A stretch of 39,783 bases of DNA. Origin: Mycoplasmatota bacterium (GTDB lineage Bacteria; Bacillota_I; Bacilli_A; RF39; UBA660). Both the position numbers and the translations under genes were made by a program. Shown one piece after another: positions 26,681 to 36,455 of the stretch. Below the pieces are notes generated by a model. The model was not told where the DNA came from and made no database searches. It saw only the letters and a program-made list of their open reading frames with translations. The stretch lies in assembly GCA_012727915.1 (NCBI GenBank), contig JAAYGD010000002.1:1-39783 (forward strand), given 5' to 3'. Position 1 is the stretch's first letter. Each line of letters opens with the position of its first letter.

Positions 26681-28027
26681 ATGGAAGACACAATTGTAGG
26701 AATTTCATCTTCTTTAGGTATAGGTGCAATATCTATTATTAGAATGAGTGGAAAAGAATCTTTTGAAATTGTAAACAAAATATTTACACAAAATATTTTA
26801 AACGTAGATTCTCATACAATTCATTATGGGCACATAAAAGAAAACAACAAATTAATTGATGAAGTTTTAGTAAGTGTTATGAAAGCTCCAAAAACATATA
26901 CAAGAGAAGACATAATAGAGATTAATTGCCATGGGGGTATAATTACCACTAATAAAATTTTAGAATTACTAATAAAAAATGGTGCAAGATTAGCGGAGCC
27001 TGGAGAATTTACAAAAAGGGCATTTTTAAATGGAAGAATAGATTTAATTGAAGCTGAAGCCATTATGGATTTAATTAATTCAAAAAGTGAAAGTGCTAGA
27101 AAGTTAGCAATTAATGGGTTAAGTGGTAACGTTACATTGATGATAGAAAATTTAAGAAATAAAATATCTAAAATATTATCAAATATAGAAGCAAATATTG
27201 ATTATCCTGAATATGAAGATATATTAGTTATGACTAAAGAGTTAATAAAAAAAGAGATAATAATTATTGAAGCAGAAATAAATAAAATAATTAAAGAATC
27301 AGAAAATTCAAAAATAATAAAAAATGGTATAGATACAGTAATACTTGGAAAACCAAATGTAGGAAAAAGTAGTTTATTAAACAAGCTTATTGGTGAAGAA
27401 AAAGCTATAGTAACTAATATTCCCGGAACTACAAGAGATTTTGTAGAAGGAACCATAGTTATTGATTCAGTATTATTTAATATTTTTGATACCGCAGGAA
27501 TTAGAGAAACTCACAATAAAATTGAACAAATAGGAGTTTCAAAATCAATTAATTTAATAAATACTTCTGATGTTGTAATTTTAGTTTTTGATAACAATAG
27601 AAAAATTCAAAAAGAAGATATGCAATTGTTAAATTTAACAAAGGATAAAAAAAGAATAATAGTAATAAATAAAATAGATTTAGAAAGCAAATTAGATAAA
27701 AAATTACTAAGCGGAGACATAGTAGAAATAAGTGCTTTAAATAACAATATTAAGCCATTAAAAGACAAATTAATAGAAATGTTTAATATAGATAGCATTA
27801 ATAAAAAGGATCCTAATTATTTATTTAATACAAGACAAATATCTACCCTTAAAAAAACACTAAATAACATTTTAGAATTAAAAAAAGGCATAAAAAACAA
27901 TTTACCTGTAGATATATTAGAAATAGATATAATGGAAATATGGAAATTATTAGGTGAAATAATAGGAAAAAACTATAACGAAGAATTAGTTGAAGAAATA
28001 TTTAAGAATTTTTGTTTGGGAAAATAG
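26681..28027 (+). CDS. mnmE: tRNA modification GTPase
   Basis: DTI..I, EINCHGG, PGEFT.RAFLNG, GKPNVGKSSLLN, PGTTRD, DTAGIR, NKID, FCLGK. Confidence 0.98.
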   Translation: MEDTIVGISSSLGIGAISIIRMSGKESFEIVNKIFTQNILNVDSHTIHYGHIKENNKLIDEVLVSVMKAPKTYTREDIIEINCHGGIITTNKILELLIKNGARLAEPGEFTKRAFLNGRIDLIEAEAIMDLINSKSESARKLAINGLSGNVTLMIENLRNKISKILSNIEANIDYPEYEDILVMTKELIKKEIIIIEAEINKIIKESENSKIIKNGIDTVILGKPNVGKSSLLNKLIGEEKAIVTNIPGTTRDFVEGTIVIDSVLFNIFDTAGIRETHNKIEQIGVSKSINLINTSDVVILVFDNNRKIQKEDMQLLNLTKDKKRIIVINKIDLESKLDKKLLSGDIVEISALNNNIKPLKDKLIEMFNIDSINKKDPNYLFNTRQISTLKKTLNNILELKKGIKNNLPVDILEIDIMEIWKLLGEIIGKNYNEELVEEIFKNFCLGK

Positions 28028-28035
28028 GTTTTTAT

Positions 28036-29145
28036 ATGATATTAAAAGAATTAGAATTAAAAAACTTCAGAAATTACGATGATTTAAAATTATCTTTTTC
28101 AAATAATGTTAATATTTTTTATGGAAATAATGCTGAAGGAAAGACAAATATATTAGAAAGCATTTATTTTTTGGCTATTACCAAGTCACATCGAACAAAT
28201 ATTGATAAATCATTATTAAAAAACGATAAACTATTTTCAAAAATAAAAGGTATAGTTGAATCAAATAACAATGTTAACAAATTTGAAATATTAATTAATA
28301 GTAAAGGGAAAAGTGTAAAAATTAATAATCAAACTATTAAAAAAATAAGTAATTATATATCAAAATTTAATGTGATTATGTTCTATCCAAACGATATGGA
28401 GCTTATAAAAGGTAATCCTTCAATAAGAAGAAAATATTTAAATATAGAAATAGGTCAAGTAAACAACAAATATTTATCATTATTAAACGAGTATAATATT
28501 CTTATAAAAAATAGAAATGAATATATAAAAAACAAACTATTTAAAGAAATAGATTTAAATTATATTTCTACAATAGATGAGCAAATTTCGAAAAAAGGAG
28601 CTCAAATTATTATTATAAGAAATCAATATATTAATAAAATAAATATCAACACAAAAAATATATACAACAATATTTTTGGTAATGGAGAATTAACAATAAA
28701 ATATAAAACAAATATAGAAATTGATAATTATGAATTAGAAAATATTGAAAAGATTTTTTATAATAAATTAAAAAACAACATTAAAAGAGATAATTTTTTG
28801 GGAATGACTTATTATGGACCGCATAGAGATGATCTAACATTTTATATTGATGATATTGAAGTAAAGGAACAATCTTCTCAAGGTCAACAAAGAATCATAG
28901 TTATTTGCATGAAACTTGGAGAAATAGAAATAATAAAGGAAAATACTAAGGAATATCCTATTTTATTACTAGATGATATATTTAGTGAATTAGATGAAAA
29001 TAAAAAAAATAACATATTAAAATATTTAAAAAAAGAAATTCAAACATTTATTACTACAACAGATATAAACAAAATAAGTAGTAATTTATTAAAAAACGGA
29101 AATATTTATCTTATCAAAAATCAAAATATTATAAAAAAACAATAA
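28036..29145 (+). CDS. recF: DNA replication/repair protein RecF
   Basis: NFRNY, GNNAEGKTN.LE, GPHRDD, SQGQQR, LLLDDIFSELD. Confidence 0.96.
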   Translation: MILKELELKNFRNYDDLKLSFSNNVNIFYGNNAEGKTNILESIYFLAITKSHRTNIDKSLLKNDKLFSKIKGIVESNNNVNKFEILINSKGKSVKINNQTIKKISNYISKFNVIMFYPNDMELIKGNPSIRRKYLNIEIGQVNNKYLSLLNEYNILIKNRNEYIKNKLFKEIDLNYISTIDEQISKKGAQIIIIRNQYINKININTKNIYNNIFGNGELTIKYKTNIEIDNYELENIEKIFYNKLKNNIKRDNFLGMTYYGPHRDDLTFYIDDIEVKEQSSQGQQRIIVICMKLGEIEIIKENTKEYPILLLDDIFSELDENKKNNILKYLKKEIQTFITTTDINKISSNLLKNGNIYLIKNQNIIKKQ

Positions 29146-29266
29146 AAATTATTTTAACTTATAAAATCGCTTAAATTTGTGGTATAATTATTATGTAAGT
29201 ATTAATCTACACAAAAAAACATTATAGCCATAAAAAGGGCGATTTTTTATTGATAAGGAGAAATAT

Positions 29267-31192
29267 ATGGAAAACATTAATAATTTACACTATGATTCGT
29301 CTGATATTCAAGTATTAGAAGGTTTAGAAGCTGTTAGAAAAAGACCGGGTATGTATATTGGTACAACCGGATCTAAAGGATTACATCATTTGGTATGGGA
29401 AATTGTTGATAATGCAGTAGATGAAGCGTTAGCGGGTTATTGTGATGATATTGAAATAACTATAGAAAAAAACAATATAATTACAGTAAAAGATGATGGA
29501 AGAGGAATTCCAATTGATATACATCCTAAAACCGGAGTGTCTACAGTTGAAACGGTTTATACTGTTCTTCACGCGGGTGGAAAATTTGGAAACGGAGGAT
29601 ATAAAGTATCGGGAGGCCTACATGGTGTAGGAGCATCTGTAGTAAATGCATTAAGTTCTTTTTTAGAAGTTACAGTATATAAAGAGGGAAAAATATATTT
29701 TCAAAGGTTCAAAAATGGGGGAAAACCCGAAGATATTTTGAAAATTATTGGTGAATGTGACATAAACAGAACAGGAACCACAGTTAGTTTTAAAGCTGAT
29801 CCGACTATTTTTGAAGAAACAATCGAGTATGATTATGATATTTTAAAAAACAGAACAAGAGAGCTAGCTTTTTTAAATAAAGGGCTTAGATTTATATTAA
29901 CTGATGAAAGAGAAGATACTAAAAAGGATATATTTATCTATGAAGGTGGAATATCAGAGTACGTAAATTTATTAAATAAAAATAAGACACCAATACATAA
30001 GGATATTATATATTTTGAAGAGACGGAAGAAGATATAAAAATAGATATTTCGTTACAATATACTGATACATATACTGAAAACATATATTCTTTTGTTAAT
30101 AATATTAATACCTATGAAGGTGGAACACATGATGAAGGTGTCAAAAGAGCATTAACAAGAATAATTAACAATTACGCAAAAACAAATGGTTATTTAAAAC
30201 AAAATGATGAAGCTTTGATTGGTGAAGATGTTAGAGAAGGTTTAACTATGATAATATCTGTTAAACATCCTAACCCTCAATTTGAAGGTCAAACAAAAAC
30301 AAAACTTGGAAACACAGAAATTAGAAAAATATCAGATAACATTTTTTCTAATGGATTAGAGAGATATTTACTTGAAAATCCTGAAGAAGCTAGAAAGATA
30401 ATGGATAAAGTTTTTTCTGCAGCAAGAGCAAGAATGGCTGCTAAGAAAGCAAGAGAGTTAACAAGAAGAAAAGGATTACTAGATATTTCTAACCAATGGG
30501 AAAAATTAACTGATTGTTCTAGTAAAGATCCAACAATATCTGAAATATTTATTGTGGAAGGGCGAAGTGCAGAAGGCCCAGCCAAACAAGGAAGAGATTC
30601 CAAAACACAAGCTGTAATTCCTATTAGAGGAAAAATATTAAATGTTGAAAAATCTAGGCTTGATAGAATATTAGGAAACGAAGAAATAAGAAATTTAATT
30701 ACTGCATTTGGTACTGGTATTGGTGAAGAATTTGACTATACAAAATTAAGATATTATAAAATAATTATAATGACAGACGCAGATGTTGACGGATCACACA
30801 TTAGAACTTTATTGTTAACTTTTTTATATAGATATTTTAAGCCTTTGGTTGAGAAAGGTCATGTTTATGCTGCTCAACCACCATTATTTAGAATATCTCA
30901 TGGTAAAACACAAAAATATGTGCTTAATGAAAAAGAAAGAGATGAATATATTTCTACTTTACCAGAAAATACAAAAGTTGAGATAGTAAGAATGAAAGGT
31001 CTTGGAGAAATGGACGCTATTGAACTAAGAGAAACCACTATGAGTGTTAATTCGAGAACTTTAATAAGATTAAATGTTGAAGATGCAATTGTTGCGGATG
31101 AAACTTTTCAACTATTAATGGGTGAAGAAGTAGAACCACGTAGACAATTTATAGAAGAAAATGCATTAAAAGTAAGAAATCTAGATGTATAA
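29267..31192 (+). CDS. gyrB: DNA gyrase subunit B
   Basis: [71 protein letters not shown] at ~29180. Confidence 0.97.
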   Translation: MENINNLHYDSSDIQVLEGLEAVRKRPGMYIGTTGSKGLHHLVWEIVDNAVDEALAGYCDDIEITIEKNNIITVKDDGRGIPIDIHPKTGVSTVETVYTVLHAGGKFGNGGYKVSGGLHGVGASVVNALSSFLEVTVYKEGKIYFQRFKNGGKPEDILKIIGECDINRTGTTVSFKADPTIFEETIEYDYDILKNRTRELAFLNKGLRFILTDEREDTKKDIFIYEGGISEYVNLLNKNKTPIHKDIIYFEETEEDIKIDISLQYTDTYTENIYSFVNNINTYEGGTHDEGVKRALTRIINNYAKTNGYLKQNDEALIGEDVREGLTMIISVKHPNPQFEGQTKTKLGNTEIRKISDNIFSNGLERYLLENPEEARKIMDKVFSAARARMAAKKARELTRRKGLLDISNQWEKLTDCSSKDPTISEIFIVEGRSAEGPAKQGRDSKTQAVIPIRGKILNVEKSRLDRILGNEEIRNLITAFGTGIGEEFDYTKLRYYKIIIMTDADVDGSHIRTLLLTFLYRYFKPLVEKGHVYAAQPPLFRISHGKTQKYVLNEKERDEYISTLPENTKVEIVRMKGLGEMDAIELRETTMSVNSRTLIRLNVEDAIVADETFQLLMGEEVEPRRQFIEENALKVRNLDV

Positions 31193-31202
31193 AGGAGAAG
31201 AT

Positions 31203-33632
31203 ATGGAAGAAAAAAATATTGATAAAATAGAAGATATAAATTTATCTTCAGAAATAAAAAATTCTTTTCTCGATTATTCTATGAGTGTTATTGTATCAAG
31301 AGCTATTCCTGATGTAAGAGATGGATTAAAACCAGTTCATAGAAGAATATTATATACTATGTATGAAGAAGGTATGACACCAGATAGAAAACATCAAAAA
31401 AGCGCTAATGCTGTTGGAGCTGTAATGGGACATTATCATCCTCATGGAGATTCAGCAATATACGATAGTATGGCTAGAATGGCTCAAGATTTCACATATA
31501 GGCACGTCCTTGTTGATGGTCATGGAAACTTTGGCTCAGGTGATGGCGATAGTCCGGCTGCTTCGCGTTATACAGAAGCTAGATTATCAAAAATATCAAT
31601 GGAGTTATTAAGAGACATAAACAAGAATACTGTTGATTTTATTGATAATTATGATGGTCAAAGAAAAGAACCAACTATACTTCCTTCTAGATTTCCTAAT
31701 ATATTAATTAATGGTAATATGGGTATTGCGGTAGGAATGGCAACAAATATACCTCCTCATAATTTGGGAGAAGTCATTGATGGCTGTGTTGCTTTTATAG
31801 ATAATCCTGATATTTCAGTATTAGAATTGATGCAACATATTAAAGGACCAGATTTTCCTACATATGGATTTATTATAGGAAATAGTGGAATAAAAAAAGC
31901 CTATGAAACAGGGAGAGGATCAATAACTTTAAGAGGAAAAGCAAAAATTATTGAAGAAGAAAACAAAAAAAGCCAAATTGTTATTACCGAAGTGCCTTAT
32001 CAAGTTAGCAAAACAAATGACTTAACTAAAAAAATTGGAGAATTAATTCGAAACAAGCAAATAGATGGTATAAGTGATTTGCATGATGAATCAACACTTG
32101 AAGGAATTAAATTAACAATTGATTTAAAAAAAGAAGCAAATGCAAACGTAGTTTTAAACAATCTATATAAACATACACCTTTACAAATAAATTATGGGAT
32201 TAATTTATTAATGTTGGTAGATGGAAGGCCTAAAACATTGGGCTTAAAAGAAATATTAAGATATTATGTAGAATATCAAAAAAGCATAATTGTACGAAGA
32301 ACACAATTCGATTTAGAAAAATCTAGAGCTAGAGAGCATATTTTAGAAGGATTAAAAATTGCATTAGATAATATTGACGAAATTGTTAAAATTTTAAAAA
32401 GTTCAAAAGACGATAATAAAGCAAAAGAAGAATTAAAATTAAGATTTGGACTAACTGATATACAGTCCGAAGCAATTTTAGAAATGAAATTAAGGAGATT
32501 GACTGGTCTCGAAAGAGGAAAAATCGAAGAAGAACTTAAACAATTATTAGAATTAATTAAAGAATTGGAATCAATTCTTAATGATTCTAAGAAAGTATTG
32601 GATATAATCAAAAAAGAGATGATTGAAATTAAAGACAAATATTCAAACGAAAGAAGAACTATTATAGATACTTCTTCTATTGAAAATATAGAAGACGAAG
32701 AATTGATAACAAGAGAAGAGATAATAGTTACACTTACGAATAATGGATATATAAAAAGATTACCTTTAGATACCTATAGAATACAAAATAGAGGCGGAAC
32801 AGGAATAAAAGGTATGAATACTAATGAAGAAGATTTTGTCGAGAATTTAATAATGCTAAATACTCATGATTATCTATTATTATTTTCAGATAAAGGGTTA
32901 ATTTACAGAATTAAAGGTTATGAGGTTCCAGAATTTAGTAGGCAATCAAAAGGTTTACCAATTGTAAACTTGATTCCTTTGGAAAAAGAAGAAAAAATAA
33001 CTTCAATATTAAAAATAACTAAAGAAGAAGAAAATAAATGCTTATTGTTTGTAACAAAAAGAGGATTAGTTAAAAGATGTAATGTTTCAGAGTTTGAAAA
33101 TATTAGAAAAACCGGAAAAATTGCTATTAAATTAAAAGAAAGCGATAAATTAATAGCGGTGTTAAAAACTGATGGCAATACCGAAGTAGTCATGGCTTCT
33201 TCCACCGGAAAAATGGTTAGATTCGATGAGAATGAGATAAGAATAATGGGAAGAAATGCAACAGGAGTAAGGGGAATTAATTTAGAAAAAGATGCTATAT
33301 GTATTGATGCAAACATATCTGATAGTAATAGCGAAGTATTGGTCGTAAGCGAAAATGGATATGGTAAAAGGACATCAATTGAAGAGTATAGAAAAACTAA
33401 AAGAGGTAGTAAGGGAGTTAAAACACTAAATGCTACTAATAAAACGGGTAAGATCGTTGCGTTTAAGCTTGTAAATAACGAAGAGGATTTAATGATAATA
33501 ACAGATTTTGGTATGATTATACGAATTCCTATAGTTCAAATATCAAAAATGAGTAGAGTCACTCAAGGAGTAAGATTAATTAATTTAAAAGAAAACCAAA
33601 AAGTATCATCTGTATTTAATATAAAAGAATAA
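31203..33632 (+). CDS. gyrA: DNA gyrase subunit A
   Basis: [20 protein letters not shown] catalytic Tyr, [14 protein letters not shown], GyrA-box QNRGGTG, pinwheel repeats; ATG 31203 with AAGGAG RBS. Confidence 0.97.
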   Translation: MEEKNIDKIEDINLSSEIKNSFLDYSMSVIVSRAIPDVRDGLKPVHRRILYTMYEEGMTPDRKHQKSANAVGAVMGHYHPHGDSAIYDSMARMAQDFTYRHVLVDGHGNFGSGDGDSPAASRYTEARLSKISMELLRDINKNTVDFIDNYDGQRKEPTILPSRFPNILINGNMGIAVGMATNIPPHNLGEVIDGCVAFIDNPDISVLELMQHIKGPDFPTYGFIIGNSGIKKAYETGRGSITLRGKAKIIEEENKKSQIVITEVPYQVSKTNDLTKKIGELIRNKQIDGISDLHDESTLEGIKLTIDLKKEANANVVLNNLYKHTPLQINYGINLLMLVDGRPKTLGLKEILRYYVEYQKSIIVRRTQFDLEKSRAREHILEGLKIALDNIDEIVKILKSSKDDNKAKEELKLRFGLTDIQSEAILEMKLRRLTGLERGKIEEELKQLLELIKELESILNDSKKVLDIIKKEMIEIKDKYSNERRTIIDTSSIENIEDEELITREEIIVTLTNNGYIKRLPLDTYRIQNRGGTGIKGMNTNEEDFVENLIMLNTHDYLLLFSDKGLIYRIKGYEVPEFSRQSKGLPIVNLIPLEKEEKITSILKITKEEENKCLLFVTKRGLVKRCNVSEFENIRKTGKIAIKLKESDKLIAVLKTDGNTEVVMASSTGKMVRFDENEIRIMGRNATGVRGINLEKDAICIDANISDSNSEVLVVSENGYGKRTSIEEYRKTKRGSKGVKTLNATNKTGKIVAFKLVNNEEDLMIITDFGMIIRIPIVQISKMSRVTQGVRLINLKENQKVSSVFNIKE

Positions 33633-33648
33633 TGATAAACATGCATTT

Positions 33649-33664
33649 TATTTCCCGGGAAATA
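33649..33664. promoter_or_regulatory. Noc-binding site (NBS) 1
   Basis: Perfect palindrome TATTTCCCGGGAAATA, equal to the B. subtilis NBS consensus. Confidence 0.85.
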
Positions 33665-33672
33665 ATAAAAAA

Positions 33673-33688
33673 TATTTCCCGGGAAATA
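33673..33688. promoter_or_regulatory. Noc-binding site (NBS) 2 (may double as gyrA terminator)
   Basis: Second TATTTCCCGGGAAATA, centre of a 30-bp palindrome (33666-33695) ending in a T-run. Confidence 0.85.
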
Positions 33689-33694
33689 TTTTTT

Positions 33695-33823
33695 AATGTT
33701 CCACGTGAAACATAAACCAGATTAAAAGATATAGAACAATGTTCCACGTGAAACATAAGCAAGATTAAAAGATATAGAACAATGTTCCACGTGAAACATA
33801 AGCAAGATTAAAAGATATAGAAC
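33695..33823. repeat. 3 x 43-bp tandem repeat, each unit carrying a parS site
   Basis: Unit AATGTTCCACGTGAAACATAAGCAAGATTAAAAGATATAGAAC; parS TGTTCCACGTGAAACA at 33697, 33740 and 33783; unit 1 differs by two bases. Confidence 0.95.
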
Positions 33824-33852
33824 AAAGCTTCAAACAAAACTAAGCAAATAAG

Positions 33853-33881
33853 TTGATAAATTTTCGTTATTATAATATACT
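33853..33881 (+). promoter_or_regulatory. SigA promoter of the SRP RNA
   Basis: TTGATA-N17-TATACT ending 7 nt before the RNA's first paired base. Confidence 0.65.
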
Positions 33882-33887
33882 TATATA

Positions 33888-33961
33888 GACGTAACAAACC
33901 CCTTAATATAATTGGTCAGGATCGAAAGATAGCAGCCCTATTAAGTGGGATTGTGTACGTC
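33888..33961 (+). ncRNA. ffs: Small signal recognition particle RNA (4.5S type)
   Basis: Domain IV GGTCAGG-ATC-GAAA-GAT-AGCAGCC within a long hairpin (GACGTA/TACGTC, ACAA/TTGT, CCC/GGG, CTTAATA/TATTAAG), then T6; next to tadA-dnaX as in Bacilli. Confidence 0.9.
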
Positions 33962-33970
33962 GTTTTTTAA

Positions 33971-33986
33971 TGTTCCACGTGGAACA
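33971..33986. promoter_or_regulatory. parS site 4
   Basis: Perfect palindrome TGTTCCACGTGGAACA directly before the tadA RBS. Confidence 0.9.
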
Positions 33987-33999
33987 TAAAAGGAGAATT

Positions 34000-34431
34000 A
34001 TGAACGAAGAAAAGTATATGAAAATAGCAATTAAAGAAGCAAGAAAAGCTTTTCTTAATAAAGAAATACCTGTAGGAGCAGTTATAGTATATAAAAATAA
34101 AATAATAGCAAAAGGATATAACAAGAAAGAAAAAACAAACAATCCACTTAATCACGCAGAAATTATTGCAATAAAAAAAGCGTGTAATAAATTAAAAGAT
34201 TGGAGATTAAATGAATGTTTACTATTTGTAAACTTGGAACCTTGTTTAATGTGTATGGGAGCAATAATTGAATGCAGAATTAAAAAAGTTTACTGTTCTG
34301 TAAAAAACAAACAATTCAATTCATCTTATAATAAAATGATAAAGGAAAGAAAACCAAATATTTCGTATGGATTGTGCGAAAAAGAATCAACCTTGTTAAT
34401 TAATGATTTTTTTAGAGAAATAAGAAAATAA
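34000..34431 (+). CDS. tadA: tRNA adenosine(34) deaminase
   Basis: EIPVGAVIV, HAE, WRL, LEPCLMC.GAI, FF..IR; ATG 34000 with AAGGAG RBS; upstream of dnaX. Confidence 0.88.
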   Translation: MNEEKYMKIAIKEARKAFLNKEIPVGAVIVYKNKIIAKGYNKKEKTNNPLNHAEIIAIKKACNKLKDWRLNECLLFVNLEPCLMCMGAIIECRIKKVYCSVKNKQFNSSYNKMIKERKPNISYGLCEKESTLLINDFFREIRK

Positions 34432-34499
34432 AAAAATTTTAATAATAAAAGAAATAAAATACATGATATAATTAATCTATCATTTAAGGAGGACAAATT

Positions 34500-36158
34500 A
34501 TGCAATATAAAGCATTATATAGAAAATATAGACCACTTGATTTTGATGATTTAATTGGTCAAGATGCTATAGTTAAAACACTAAAAAACTCTTTAAAAAA
34601 CAATAAAATAGGCCACGCCTATTTATTTACTGGTACAAGAGGAACTGGAAAAACAAGTGTTGCTAAAATGTTTGCCAATATTGTTAATTGCGAAGATTTA
34701 ATTGATGGTCTACCTTGTGGTAAATGCAAGATATGTAATACAACAAAGAAAGATGATAATCCCGATATTATTGAAATAGATGCTGCATCAAATAATGGTG
34801 TAGATGAAATTAGAGAAATAAAAAATAAAGCTACATTTGTGCCCGTTATAAGTAAATATAAAGTATATATAATTGATGAAGTACATATGCTTTCAATTGG
34901 AGCTTTCAATGCCTTATTAAAAACATTAGAAGAGCCTCCATCTCACGCTATTTTTATTTTGGCAACTACTGAGCCACATAAGATACCTATTACAATAATA
35001 TCTAGATGTCAAAGATTTGATTTTAAAAAAATTTCAATTGTTGATATTAAAAAGAGATTAAAATATATAGCTGACAAAGAAAAAATATCAATAGAAGATG
35101 ATTGCATAAATGAGCTTGCTATATTATCGGATGGGTCACTTAGAGATGCTATTGGACTATTAGATCAAGTTAATTCGTTTTCAGAAGGAAATATAACCCT
35201 TGATAATTTATATGAATTAACAGGAAATGTTGGAATTCCATTGATTTGTAATATTATTGAGCATTTATTAAATAATAATATTAACAAATTAATTGAAATA
35301 TATGATAATTTATATGAAAAAGGCGCCAACTTTCAAAAAATAGCTGAAACTATGTTAGAAGTATTAACTAATGTATTAATTTCAAAAAATGCAAAAAAAT
35401 ATTTTAATAAAAAAGATATTTATTATAAAGAAGAAATTGAAAAGTTGGAAAAAATTTCAAATAGAGAAATATTACATAATATAATTATTGATATTAATGT
35501 TTTATTGGATAACATGTCAAATAGTTCTAATTCCAGCTTATTATTTGAATTATTTTTGTTAAAAACAATAGATTTAGGAAATAAAACTGATAAAAAAGAT
35601 GATAACAATAACATTGTATCCGAAATTGATGAGAAGAAAATGGTGGTGGATTTAAAAAATAAAGATAATGAAAATATTAAGAATGACAATTATTTATTGA
35701 AACACGCTTTGGTGAATAATACTATTGCATTAGCATGCAAGGAATATAAAAATGAAATTAAAGAATTATTTTCAAACATTGATAAGTATTTGTTAGATTC
35801 AAAGACAAAGAATATTGCAACATTATTGATGGATTGTAACATAAATGCTGCGAGCGATGATCATTTATTATTAACATATAAATATGAAAGTTTAGTTATT
35901 GAACATGACAAAAATATTAATAAAATTGAAAAAATATTAAATGAATTGACAAAAAGAAAATATAAAGTTGTTGCAATTAGTGAAGATAAATGGAAAGAAG
36001 TAAGACCTAAATTTGTAGAATTAAAGAAAAATAATTCTAAAATAGAGTTAATGGATGAAAAAAAAGATGATACAATATCATGCGTAGTAGAAGAGTTAAA
36101 TGATATAGACAAAACTATTAATGAATTTGGATTAGAAATTATTGAAGTGGAGGAATAA
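34500..36158 (+). CDS. dnaX: DNA polymerase III subunit gamma/tau
   Basis: LYRKYRP, GTRGTGKT, Cys4 zinc module, EIDAASN.GVD, IDEVHML, NALLKTLEEPP, SRCQ. Confidence 0.97.
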   Translation: MQYKALYRKYRPLDFDDLIGQDAIVKTLKNSLKNNKIGHAYLFTGTRGTGKTSVAKMFANIVNCEDLIDGLPCGKCKICNTTKKDDNPDIIEIDAASNNGVDEIREIKNKATFVPVISKYKVYIIDEVHMLSIGAFNALLKTLEEPPSHAIFILATTEPHKIPITIISRCQRFDFKKISIVDIKKRLKYIADKEKISIEDDCINELAILSDGSLRDAIGLLDQVNSFSEGNITLDNLYELTGNVGIPLICNIIEHLLNNNINKLIEIYDNLYEKGANFQKIAETMLEVLTNVLISKNAKKYFNKKDIYYKEEIEKLEKISNREILHNIIIDINVLLDNMSNSSNSSLLFELFLLKTIDLGNKTDKKDDNNNIVSEIDEKKMVVDLKNKDNENIKNDNYLLKHALVNNTIALACKEYKNEIKELFSNIDKYLLDSKTKNIATLLMDCNINAASDDHLLLTYKYESLVIEHDKNINKIEKILNELTKRKYKVVAISEDKWKEVRPKFVELKKNNSKIELMDEKKDDTISCVVEELNDIDKTINEFGLEIIEVEE

Positions 36159-36160
36159 TT

Positions 36161-36454
36161 ATGAATATGCAAGCAATGATGCAACAAGCACAAAAAATTC
36201 AAAAAGAAATAGCTAAAGCTAAAAACGAAATTAATGATAAAGAGTTTGAAATAACAAAGTCTTTTATAACTGTAAAAGCTAATGGAAAAAAAGAAATAAT
36301 TAAGTTAAATATAAACGAAAAAAACTTAAATGAAGAAGACATAGATATTTTAGAAGATCTTTTAACTGTAACAATAAATGAATTGTTTAAAAAAATTGAT
36401 CAAGAAACAGAATCAAAACTTGGAAAATACGGCATAGGTTCGTTAGGTTTTTAA
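36161..36454 (+). CDS. ybaB: YbaB/EbfC nucleoid-associated protein
   Basis: MMQQAQK.Q, V.ANG, D.D.LEDL...IN; between dnaX and recR. Confidence 0.92.
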   Translation: MNMQAMMQQAQKIQKEIAKAKNEINDKEFEITKSFITVKANGKKEIIKLNINEKNLNEEDIDILEDLLTVTINELFKKIDQETESKLGKYGIGSLGF

Positions 36455-36455
36455 T

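Noticed and set aside
27417..27431. Partial NBS-like TATTCCCGGAA in mnmE (similar CCCGG in jag and pth)
   Set aside because: Not palindromic over the consensus and forced by conserved Pro-Gly codons.
29163..29246. 8-bp inverted repeat AAAATCGC/GCGATTTT around the gyrB promoter
   Set aside because: Short and AT-rich, with one arm upstream of the likely start site; insufficient evidence for a regulatory element.
33695..33823. CRISPR-like look of palindromic repeats at regular spacing
   Set aside because: The 'spacers' are near-identical, the palindrome is the parS consensus, and no cas genes are present.
33970..33999. N-terminal extension MFHVEH... of tadA, and MFHVKH mini-ORFs
   Set aside because: These are translations of the parS palindrome; the RBS-supported start is ATG 34000.
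33903..34155. Minus-strand ORFs of 79 and 62 aa
   Set aside because: Antisense shadows of tadA and the SRP RNA with no motifs.
35405..35600. A6G runs in dnaX as possible -1 frameshift sites
   Set aside because: They are phased AAA AAA G rather than A AAA AAG, I saw no stimulatory hairpin, and A-runs are ubiquitous here.
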